This document shows positions 39,901-51,200 of a DNA stretch of 64,000 nt, in pieces. Origin of the DNA: Klebsormidium nitens (Eukaryota; Plantae; Klebsormidiophyceae); assembly GCA_000708835.1 (NCBI GenBank), contig DF236971.1, positions 248,001 to 312,000 on the forward strand. The letters run 5' to 3'. Made by a program: the position numbers and the translations under genes. The notes below the pieces were generated by a model. It saw nothing but the letters and a program-made list of their open reading frames with translations. It was not told the DNA's origin and ran no database searches. Every line of letters starts with the position of its first letter. Positions within the stretch are counted from its first letter, which is position 1.

Positions 39901-42900
39901 CTGGACAGGGGGTCGTCGTCGGACGAGAACAGAACGAAGAAGGACGAGTGCCTACTCAGCTAACGGCTCAAACGCCCGCTCGGCCCTGGTCCGAATCCTG
40001 GGCACCGGGATCGCTTTTTTCGGCAGCGGGCGTCAGCGTCAGGAACGGGGTCCTCGCACCTCAGGAACTGCTCTCGTCCGTGGTCTCCAAAGGCTGGCCC
40101 TTCGGAACCGGTTCTAAACCCAGCCTCCCTCTGGAAAGCTCTAGCAAACCCCCGAAAGTAGCGGCTAATTTTCAAGTCCAGAATCAGGGCACAGGGCTCG
40201 TAGAGTCCAAGTCTGGCTGGTTGGGGGACCAAAACGCTTCTGCGAAAGGCCCCCTGGGGCGGGTTGGTTCTGAGCGGGGGGCAGGAAAGGCTGCGGAGAG
40301 TGACCCCCAGAGCGACGCGAGCGTAATAGTGTACAGCAGCGGAGATGACTCGTATCAGAGCCAGGTCCCCAGTCCCCAGCAACTCGCCAGCCTTCTCGGG
40401 CCGGGGGCTGAGGTACTGATTCTCGACGGGCGGTCTGGGGACGAGTTGGAAACGGAGCCGGGGCTTCGAGGGGGGGGCAACCAAAAGGGGGGGGTGAAAA
40501 CCGCCTCGAGCAGCGAAGACGATCTGGAGTCGGACCTGGGCGCGATGTTGGGAGGGAGGTTGTACCGACGTAAGCAGAAACGCCTGGAAAACAAAGGGTT
40601 CTCGTTAGAGAGTGAGACTGGACCGCTCCTAGCGGAGGGGGCAGCGTTGCACTGGGGCGGGCCTGAGCTTGCTGACGTTCTCCCAGGGCTTTCGAGTGAC
40701 GTCACGAGGGGTGGGGAGTTGAGCGGGGACCCTGGGGACCTGAGCTTCAAGCACCTTCTGGCGCAGCCCGAAGTTGCGGACGGGTCTGAGCCGGACGCTG
40801 GTATGTCGTCGGACGCTGCAACATCTGCGGACGCTGTCAGGTTTCCGGACGGCAGTCAACTGCCTGAAACTGGCGCGTTGGGCGGAAGTCCGCTGGGCCA
40901 CGGGACGGAATTTGACGCTGCCAAACTCTCGGGGGCTGCCCAACACTCAGACGTTGTCCGATCTCTGTCCGAAAGTGGCGCGCCGGACGACGGGCCCCTG
41001 GTTCACCGGACAGATTCGGACGCGGCGCGGGGGGCTGCAGCGGGTGAGAGCGTGGTGGGCGTCCGGAGCCCCCTGTTCAGGCTGGCCAGCGACTCGACGA
41101 CCGGGGATGCGAGCCCACGAGCGCCCTTGGACGCGGTAATTATTTTTGGCTTTGTGTTTTGATTTCCTGAAATGGTTGGAGTCGTCGTTTCCTTGAGCAT
41201 AAAGACGAATCCCAGCAGGTCGTTATGGAACACAGATAGACACCCCGTTTCGCACAGCTAGACACCCCCCTGGCATCGAAAGACAGTCTTTCGTGCATTT
41301 TGAAAAGCCTTACCCCAAGGATTTCATTGGAAAGACCTTTTCAAGCAATCCTAAGAGGCGTGCAAGAAAGAGGACCCCACAAACAGGTTCATTGACATGT
41401 TTTAAAGGCGGCAACTATCTACCTTTCCCAGACAAGTTTTGTGGCCGTTTCATTACAGCTTCGCGGGCTGCTAACTTTGGACGACGGCTACTTGGACAAT
41501 GATCCAACCATCTCTAATCGCTGAGCGACCTTCGTGCGTGATCTTCAAATGGCTGTTGTCTCAAGCCATCTCGAGTCAGATAGAGGTTTCCGGACAGCTG
41601 TACGGTCCGCTACCTGGGCGATGGCTACTAATGCGGACACATTTAAATCCCGCTTTGCTCCACTGCGTATTTCTCTTTTCCAGAAGTCAAGGTGGTTCTT
41701 CCTCGCAATCCTCATATTTCAGCATCTTCCCTAACGTCCGAAGGCAGGTTTTGGCCAGCTGTGCGGTCCGCTCAATCTGGACGTCCGCTCAATCTGGACG
41801 ACGGCTACCTGGACACGTTCTATCTAAGCAGCCCCTCCGGAGAACCATATTCTTCTACACGCAACGTGGTTTTCCTCTCACACGTCTTCATGGAGTTTTC
41901 ACAAGTTTCAAGCGTCTGTCCCAATGCACGTATCCGGACAGCTGTACAGTCCGCTTAATCTGGAAGACGGCTACCTGAACACGACTTGATCAGGTTTATC
42001 CGTCATACGACCGGACCACGAGCCCGTTGTTTTCTCGAACAATCGGCTTTTGTTCGTCCGAACGCAGGTCTCCGGACAAGTGTACGGTCCGCTCAATCTC
42101 GACGACGGTTACCTGGACATGATCTAGCAGTTCCTGCTCCACTGCACGATCAGCCATTGCGGAAGTCAAGGTGGTCCTGTCTCGCAAGTCCCGTCTCAAG
42201 AAACTTCGAACCTCCTCTTTAAATGCAGGTCTCCGGACAGCTGTACGGTCCGCTCAATCTGGACGACGGCTACCTGGACATGGTCACCGACATGGAGGAC
42301 GTCCTCCTCGACACTGACGGCGGCTCGGGACTGTCACGTGCCTCCAGCTCCTTTGGCCACGTGGCGCACCCCTCGTCGTCCCGGGTGCCAGGTGGCGGCT
42401 TCCGGAGGGTGGAAGTGGTGGGCGTCCGCTACGTTGCGACCTCCCCGTCTGAACGTGCGCAATTCCCGTCCGAGAGAGTGAACTTTGCGTCCGAAAGGAC
42501 GAAATTAGCGTCCGGAAGCCCGTTTTCGGACGGGGGCAGGAAGGGTCCGCAGAAGAATCCCGGGGAGGTTCAGCTCAGGCAGACGAGAGGCGGGTTTGGG
42601 GTTTCTGCGGAGGCGGTGCGGACGCAGGAGTTGGGAACAAATGCAGCGGCGTTGATGCAGCCGCTCACAAACGAGTTGACTACGTTCGAGTCAAATGACG
42701 GAGAGGGTGACCACTCTCCTTCTCGACAAGCCGGGTTTAGTGGGTCGGCAAACCTGGAGGTGGAAGTATACGAGGACCTTCTGCGGGGCAGCGACGATGA
42801 GTTCGAAGACTCCCCGCATGGCAAGAGCCCTTCGGACGCTCGGACGCTTCGTGTCGAAACCGCGTCGGACCTGCGGAACTTTCTCGGTGGGGTGGAGCGG

Positions 42901-45900
42901 AACGGAACGGACGAAGGCGAGCGCGGCTTGTCGGGGGAGGGGACTACGAAACCGGGAGGTCTATCGGAAAACCGGAGCGCGGCTGGAGAACTTGAGCCCA
43001 CAAGCGGTTTGAAGTCCCCGGTTGGAGAGGGGCTATTTAGAGATTCTTCGAACGAAATTGGCGGTTTTCGCTTCAGGGTTTTAGTAGCGGAGGGTTCGAC
43101 CGCGGCCGCTGCAGCGGCAGCCATGGCTGCAGGTTTGAAAATCGGGTTACCGTCCGCAGCTTCCGGAAGCCCAATTTCCGGGGAGAAAGGGCGTCTTGAC
43201 ACCCCCCTGAACCTGAGCAGCGAAGCCCAGGTTAAATCTTTGGTTAGCCCGTTGGGAACGGGCGCCGACGGGGGGTTTAAAGAAAATGCGGAAGAGCCGA
43301 AACTGCCGCGACGGGTTTCGAGACACGAGTCTTCAGCGGAACACTCGAGTCGGTCCGAAGAGGACCTGAATCAGCATCCTCTGGTCGAACAGTCAACCCG
43401 AGCTAGCGAGTCTAGTGTATCTACCCGTAGTTTTAGCACGGATCTAAGAATCGAAGTTGATCAGAACCTCCCCTCCAAGAGCACGCTTGCCGCCTCCCCC
43501 AGAAAGCCTCTAGAAAACACTGTAGACACAAAAAAACCCGCGCAAGCCCCGCAGCAAAGCGGCCTCGTCGCGTCTCTTAGCCATGCAGCGCACGCCTTCT
43601 CCCGGCCCAAACCATACACAGCGTACATACTCCAGACGGTAACTAGGGACGGGCGGGTCTGGACGACGGAGCGCCGTTACCGCGACCTCGCCGCGCTCCG
43701 CACAGAGCTTGGGCGGGCGTTACCGGGGGCGATTTTACCGTTGCCGTTCGCCCAGGTGTCTGCCCAGAAGCGGAACCTTTTCGGGAGCACCGATCCGGAC
43801 GTCGTAGACCAACGGAAGGAGCTGTTCGAAACGTGTCTTAACGCGCTCATTGACTCGGGGCCCCCGCTAGCCACCGCCCCTCCGCTCATCAAGTTCCTCT
43901 GTGGTTCTGCGTACCAAACCGGGTCAGCCTTAACCAGCAAAGCTAAACCGGCTTCCGGGGTAGAGGAAGCAGGGGAGGTCATGAGCCCGCGGATGACGTC
44001 AGGGCTGACGTCACCTTCGTCAGCCGGGTCCCCGAGGTCCTCCAAGGGGGAGGACGCAGGTGGGGCTTTGGGTGGCGGCGGGCTCGGTGCGGCCGAAACG
44101 GGTCCGGCTGTGCTCGGGAGTTCGATCCGCTTGATCGTGGACCTGCCGGGGAAGCGATCTGTGAGCCGGCAATTGCAAGTAAGGACCTTATGCGGGTTTG
44201 CTTTCTTTCTGATAGTCTGCAATCACCAATCTGGATCTGGTACGGCTTCCAAGGTCGTTCCTGTCTCCTTCAGTTGCGCTCGAAGTCTGTGCATTCTCTT
44301 TCCTTACACTGCGAAGTCCGGGATAGATTGAGCTTTGCTGTTGGACTGGTCTGCCCTAATTTCCGTCATAGACAACCTATTGCCTGTCATAGACCAACTT
44401 TTGCGAGAGTCTCCGCAAGTCAGGCAGTAAATACCTCCTCAGCCCGCTGAAGTTTTACTTTCTGCTCCCAACTCTCCCTCTTATCGCCGTCCTCTACAAG
44501 CTGCTAACTGTCTCTTCTCCAAGACGCCCCGGTCCTTAAGGCGGCTTATCCGCAGCCAAACTAGCCCGTAACCCGCTCGCTAACACGGCCCCTAACCCTG
44601 TCTGTCGCCTGCCCCGTCAGGCCCAGCACAATGCGTGTACGGACCGCAGCCACTCCTCCGAGCCTTCACCCCCCTCTACTTAAAGCACCTTACTTATCTG
44701 CTAAACCTCTTGTTTCCTTTCGGACCCTTTTCTGCATCGAGTTTTCTGTCTACTCCCCTGCTCTTGGGCTCAGCGGGCGCATGTACGGGCTCCTACAATC
44801 GTTCCTTCCCGCCCCCGCCCTTCTCTGGACTAGCCCGCTTATGTCATTGTCTGTCCAACTCTCTTCGAACTATCTTCACGTGTGTGTCTAAACAAGGTTA
44901 TCCCGCTCTTAACCTTCCCCGCTCCCTCTTCTCCAGGCTCAGCACAACGCGTGTGCGGGCTGCTACAAACCGTTCCCTCCCGCCCCCGCCCTCCTCAGCT
45001 GGACGAACCCGGCGGCCCGCTTATGCGAGTACAGCGGGCAGCTATACTGCGCCGACTGCCACCATAAGGACACCGCCATTCTGCCCGCTTATGTGCTGCA
45101 GTACTGGGACTTCCGTCCCCGCAAAGTGTCGCAGATCGCAAAAGCGTACCTGGACTCTATCTACGACCAGGTGCGTGGTCCGTCCGCTATTCCGGTCTTC
45201 CGGTCCGTTCTGATTTTGCCGTTGGGAACGTTGGGAAGCGTGCTTCGTCCACTTCTTTGCTTCTTTCGTTCCGTTCGGGGTCCGCCTGAAGTCTGTGAGT
45301 CTGCCAATCTTTCCGTCATCAGTGATCGAGATTGCACCTGGGCTCCTTTTCCGCTTTGCCCACTCTATCGGCGTTCTGCGAGTTGGGTCCTTCGTATCTG
45401 TTCCCATATCCGCTGACTGGTGCGTTTCGGCGATTTTGTGACTCGAAATTGGGACCCTCGTCGCGGTGGCGCACAGGGCCTGTCAGTGCGTGGTATCACG
45501 TGGTTCCGCTTTCAAGCCTGATGCTCTGTCGCTCCTGTTTTCACCCTCAACCTGCGTTCTGGCCTCTTGCTGTTCCATCGTAACCCTGAAAATCCAAACC
45601 CTTCTAAAATCTCCAAAAGTGGTGTCAAGATTTCAAGCACTCCCCTTTCCAGCCGATGCTGTGCGTGAGCGCCGTCAACCCGCACCTCTACTCGCGCGTC
45701 CCTGCCTTGGCCCGGGTTAAGGAGCTTCGTCAGCGGCTGGTCAAGATGGTAACCACCACGGTTAGGCACTGCCCGGCGAAACGGCGGCTGCTTGCGCCAG
45801 CGGGTTCGCGGCGGTACCTGCTGGAACCCGGGGACTTTTTCGCACTGCGTGATCTGGTAGACTTGTCCAAGGGGGCGTTCGCAGGTGAGAATGCGCTCCC

Positions 45901-46545
45901 ATTACCTTGTCGGACTGATTTGTCGTGATTGGCTGCGAACTTGCAAGCGAGTGTCGCCTTTTGGAACGGGGTCGGGCTTCCGACTTACCAGGAGGTTCGA
46001 TAAACAAGTTGCTCTAAAACGGTTGTTGTGGAAATTCTCTGCCATCTGATTGAGCTCATTGCTTCTAGGACATTCAGGGGGAATGAATTATGAACTTGGG
46101 TTGGTCGTGCACAATTCTCGATTTGTGAGAGTCTTCGATCTTGGGTTCACCGTCGAAGCCCCTTCTCAGCAGTGGACCCCGGCCCATTAGCTCGCGCGCT
46201 GAGGTGCATCTTTAATGCAACTTGTATCGAAGCCAAAAAACAAAAGTTTGTTGGGAGAAGCTTCAGGAAAGCCTATCAACGACTCCTGCCCAAACCCTTC
46301 GTTTGAACATCACCCATCAGCGTTCTGGAACGACTCCGTCTTTGTCAAAATTCAGGACATGTGCCTTCTTCCTCACTGACCTTGGGAAAGAAGCACAAGT
46401 GCATACAATCGAGTATCCAGCCTGAACCACTTCTCTTACTGCAGTGCTGCCCGAGATGATGCAAACGCTGACTGAGCGAGTCAGCGCTCACATCGCCTCC
46501 GGGTGCGACACATGCACAGAGTTGGAGATTGGAGGCCCGAGATAA
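36937..46545 (+). CDS. RUN + PX + Rubicon-homology (DUF4206-type) domain protein, multi-exon
   Basis: RUN: LCSILEQILQHGL..RLQALLRLGL..LYDEIAFVRS. PX: YTAYILQTVTRDGRVWTTERRYRDLAALRTEL..RKELFETCL. RH: CAGC..ARLCEYSGQLYCADCH..LPAYVLQYWDF..HIASGCDTC. Start codon and C-terminus are tentative. Confidence 0.88.
41478..42290 (+). repeat. About six ~150-bp tandem units, each containing the acceptor and start of the PX-containing exon
   Basis: GGTCTCCGGACAGCTGTACGGTCCGCTCAATCTGGACGACGGCTACCTGGACA variants at ~41478, 41584, 41746, 41930, 42064 and 42226 (true exon). Confidence 0.9.
44620..44990 (+). repeat. Two degenerate intronic copies of the Rubicon-homology exon start
   Basis: GCCCAGCACAATGCGTGTACGG (~44621) and GCTCAGCGGGCGCATGTACGGGCTCCTACAATCGTTCCTTCCCGCCCCCGCCCT (~44767) versus the true exon GCTCAGCACAACGCGTGTGCGGGCTGCTACAAACCGTTCCCTCCCGCCCCCGCCCT (~44937). 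Confidence 0.8.
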
Positions 46546-48880
46546 AAGGTAGATCTTGGTTTAGAAAGCCTTCACTGAGTTCAAGGTTTGGAAACCTTCG
46601 GCAGAGACGCGCGGCACTTTTCCGATTGAAGTTTCCGGCCGATAGCCAAGGTTAAGCAGTGTGTCTGTTAAGTAAAATGCTGACGAGGTTTAAAATGCAG
46701 TCTTCATTTCCAAGCGCCCTTAGAATGAATCATGGGGTATGCATGGTTTAATTCTTATGCTCACCTCTTGTGAGTCAACATCGCCTGGGTTGCTGCTATG
46801 GTTTTGCTGTGATGTTTGGTACTGCACCTTTACATCTGCTTTCGTCCCGATGGTGACTGGGTCGGGTGAGGCGGTCCCAAGTGGCATCTGCATCTACCTA
46901 CTAAATCTTGACCTCAGTTCAACGTGCAAATAAGTCCGGCGGATTAAGCAGCTCTACAGATGCAGTTGAAATGACTGCAGGACAAGCATGATGCATATTT
47001 TCAATACGCTTCAATGTGGGATGGAGATTTATCAATCATTTCACACAGCGGCCCGCCGCTTGCCCTCCCGTCACATGTACGCGTGAGCTAGTACATCACA
47101 TATGTTTCCAAATCATGAACATGGAGTACAGTCGCGGTAACCATGTTGATTGTGGACAATGCTTAAGCACACTCGAATCATTGGAGCCAAAACATTGGAG
47201 TATGCAAGTCTGGGGATGCGCAGAATGCAATTAAAATCAGCAAGCCTGATTTTTAAAAAAGCGGGGCCGGTCGCTAGCGTTTCAGCACCCAGACTCAGCT
47301 GCTGCCAGAATTGTATGCGAACAATTTCTGAACGGAAGCTTGTGGCTGAGAGCTCGCCGCATACCCGTTGATTGCATGCGGGCCACGGATCACTGAGTGA
47401 AGAGCTCAACAAAATGCACTATGTGCTTAATTCGCCATGCAATAGTAGGCAGTACATAAGCGGTTGATTCAGGCTAATTGAAGGAACGTTGTGGTCTGCT
47501 CACTGAATCCATTGTGAAATCGCATCAAAATTCACAGCAGGATCGGACTCATATGACAGATCAAATAATGTTCAAAATGTGAACGGAACATGCAGGCATT
47601 ATGACCAAAAGACCAAAGCCCCTTCTGGCCGTCCTCTTTGCATAGATCAGATGAAAGCTGTTAAGTTTTACATGAATCAGGACCTCTCGAGGAAAATTGA
47701 AAGAGATGGATGTTCCCCAGCTAGCATCATGTGCACTGGAATTGACAGTGAGATTCGAAGTTGCAGTTCAAGGAAGCATTAGAAAGCAAAGTCGGAAAAT
47801 GGATGCTCAAAATGAAGGCTCCAAAATCTTTCGATGTGAATCTGCTGCAGGATTTTTCATTATCTTCGCCTCTTCAGGCTTGGCCCTCTACAAATCCTTA
47901 ATGATCTTCTATAGTCTGTCCGCATCGATTGGGGACTGACGCTACTAATCCTTCAGCTCGGCCGGATTCAATGACTCCATATAAATGGTAACCATAACCC
48001 AAGATCCAGCCTGAGAAGAGCCGTACACACGGTGATCTATGACCGTTTCTCCAAACATTTCCGTACGTGAGCGCCGCTGCCCGTTCAAGGAAAGCCCGCT
48101 GCTTTACGAGAATCAAGGCCATCTCGATCTCCGACGTCGCAACTGTTGATTGAGGAGATATTGAAATTGGCCAGCTGCAGATTCTGCTAAGGGCTGTTGA
48201 CCTTGGTTCGTGTCCAAGCTGTATGCCCACGCCACAATTGAGAGATGTGGCCCACGATTTCTTGTTGTCTACTTCATAAATAACATGAAACTGCTCGCTG
48301 ACCAGGTAGGAAGCACCCTTTCAGCATGTTCACATCGCGATTTGCATGCTGAAGAAACGTGGATCCCGATTAACGTGAATCTCAGGTTGGACGTACCTTA
48401 TTTAGTGTCTCTTCCATGTCAGTTTTTATCAGGGCTCGCGCATCTGCCAGGTCTTGCTGGGTATGAGGTCATCGTTCCGCTTGGGGGTCGGCTTTGCTGT
48501 GCGGGGTCCAATGTGCGGGATCCAGGGTGCGGGTGGCGGGGTGCGGGGCGTCACATGACCTAAGACCGGAGACTGTGACGTGGGAATTTGACAACACGTC
48601 TAGTCTGAGGCCGATGATGTTTTGTGTGGCAACATTGTCTCTTTTTTGAGGGCCTGAGAAACGGACAAAATTGAAACGCTACATGTCACGGAAGGTCAAT
48701 AAACAAAATGGCTGTAGAAGCAGTAGAAGAGGCCGTCACATGTGCATGCGACCATACAAGGCCCTGCGGCATGCCTTTTGGCACCACTAGCAAACTGCCC
48801 ATAAATGATATACAGCCAGCAATCCCCTTGTTGACTTGCAGAATGCTTTGGTCCGTTGGGGGTTCGGCTCATGCACTTAC

Positions 48881-50297
48881 GCACAAAAACGAAAGTTCCA
48901 CCCTCCAGTGTGGTCACAGACAATAGCCCGTAGTACGGCAGTAGGGGATCGTCTAGATTGTACAGTACACCGGAGGCACCAGCAAGAAGCTGCGCTTTGC
49001 ATACGAGCTCCCCCGCTAAGATCGGGCCGATGGCAGTCAGCTCCAGCCAAGGTTGTCCCGGGCGAACCACCACTAGGACTTTCACCTGCAAGACAACAAG
49101 GACCTCTGGAAGCTCAAGGAATGTGTATTGGGATATGAGAGACAGCACCCTTGACTGCCAAAGGCATCTGCCAATCAAGACGTTTGATGAACTCAGGACG
49201 TCCGTTTTCTACCCCTTACATTAAAGTCAACGCAGCCAGCTGATATATAAAAGGCGCGCAAGGTCAGTGAGGATTACCCATGTCAGTGTAATTGCAGTCT
49301 CAGCGGCCAGCCGCTTGCTTGGCTGCAGATGCCAAAGATCTGACAGTCGTATGTTCAGCTTTGCAATCATCGTTGAGGTTTTACGTGACGTCTGAGTATT
49401 ACACTTGCCTTCGGTTGCTTGCCGCCCGTTTCCCCCACCTTATGCGCTCCAGTCACAGCCGACCACACAAATTTGGCGAGCATCTCCCAATTCCACGTGA
49501 CATAGGCAAGTATAGCAAACAGGGAAATGGCAAAGAGCCATGCCATTGCATAAGTCTGTCGTGAGGCTGGAGACGGAGGTGAGGCAACAGATTGGCAGCT
49601 AGCTATTGGTTGGTGAGACCTATTTTGAGGGTTGGAAGGGGGCAGGAACGAAGGCAGGTGAGAGGGGGGAAGCTGAAGGCGTTGCTTGGGATATATGGTG
49701 AGGTTTGCTGGAGAAATGGAGGGGTTGACGGCCAGGATCTCGTCAACTGTGGTGTTGTGTGAGCGTGCAATCGATGCCAGCGTATCCTTTTGCTGGACGA
49801 CAATATATGCGTTGTACCCATTTGACGCTGTCGGTCTTGGTTGATTCGAGCCAGAGGGATCTGCATGAACAAATGCGGTATGGCGAGCTTCAACATCACC
49901 TTGAAGGTGCCTCTCTTGACATAAGCTGAAGGTTTTCCTTAATTGAACTCTCTTAGAACAAGAGTAGGCAAGTTGCCAGCTTAGAATACCAAGGTCAAAG
50001 CCACATGCCCGCCATGTATTTCATCTGTGCAGTCACTGGGAGTGGTACCTGATCAAGTCTTTGAGAACAAACATGATTGACGAACTTACCTTTTAACACC
50101 GCATGAACCCTATGATGCAGAGGAGTCAATCTTTGACGATTGCTTGATGAAGAAGGCGCTGCTTGTTGATAACGCCTCTGTCGAAGCAGCCCCGCATCAA
50201 GGAACGGCCCACTCCTTGGCCTGCTGGCGATTGTTGAGCCACTTACAGACCCTGCAATACTTATAGCTGGTGCCGCCCTGACCAACGCCGCCGCCAT
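48881..50297 (-). CDS. LysM-domain membrane protein with transit-peptide-like N-terminus (3' end unresolved)
   Basis: Exon 50297-50090 is Ser/Arg/Ala-rich (MAAALVRAAPAISIAG...). Exon 49860-49439 encodes YIVVQQKDTLASIARSHNTTVDEILAVNPSISPANLTIYPKQRLQLP (LysM) followed by hydrophobic AMAWLFAISLFAILAYVTW. A probable third exon is 49085-48881. The LysM frame is missing from the ORF track. Confidence 0.8.
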
Positions 50298-51200
50298 GCT
50301 GCCAACCACTAGAAATCGCTGACCGCATATGCTGTGCGCTGTAAACGCCCGGTTTGTGCGTCTCCTTGACACTGTGACCTTTAGAATTGATATGAACAAC
50401 TTCAAAGCCGGAATAGGTAGAAGCCTCCAAAATGCTCCCAAGGGGCTCCCAACCGCACAGCTAGCACTCCCTGCTCCGGTGGCGCCTACCTGGGCAAAGT
50501 ATCTCACATGCTGGCTAAAGCCCCGCTCACTTCTGGCGGCTCATTGCTGCCAAGCCTGCAGGTCGTATGCTCAGCGATAATGCGCTCGCCAATGCGCTGC
50601 TAGACACGCATGGGGTGGGCGACGCCCAGCAGGGCTTCCTGCTTGCCACAGGGCCAGGAGGCGGCACGCGCGTCAGGGCGCCAAACGGGGCACTTCTCCA
50701 GCCTTGCGAACCACACTTCGGAAGGCGGCAGGGCGGCTCCTTGCCTAGTCATCTCACCTCGTCTTGCGTGTGAACAAACCCTCCCTGCACCAGGGGCCGG
50801 CCCTCATGGAGATCTGATCGAGCAAGTCCGGCAATTCCCTGATTCCCTGCAAGCAGCAGTTTGAAATTCAAACCCGACAGAATGCAAGTTGCAGTGCTCG
50901 CGCGCAACACCACAGATCGGTCGGCCCAAAGTCCGCGGCATCAAGACTCTCCGTGCCATCCGACGGCAGGAAAGACTTGGTGGCTTGCATTTTCGCCTGG
51001 TTATGCATGGGGTTTGCTGCAAACCGTCCTGCGAACTTGTTCCCCAGCAGAGAAGAGCGGTTGTGGAATCTCTGAGCTCTTGGAGCTCTTTCGAGCAGGG
51101 ACACTCTTCTTGTATCATAGAAACCAAGCAATCTTTAAACATGAGCATCTTGCATTGATCAGTTGCCCGTCTTTTCTTGGACGTTACAAACGGCGTCATT

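Noticed and set aside
47016-47234. Small ORF with two CxxC motifs
   Set aside because: It is short, has no splice support and lies in repeat-like DNA, so it is probably chance.
48400-48500. Minus-strand exon-like segment with an in-frame TGA (possible second selenoprotein)
   Set aside because: The exon boundaries are ambiguous, there is no conserved context, and I found no SECIS nearby.
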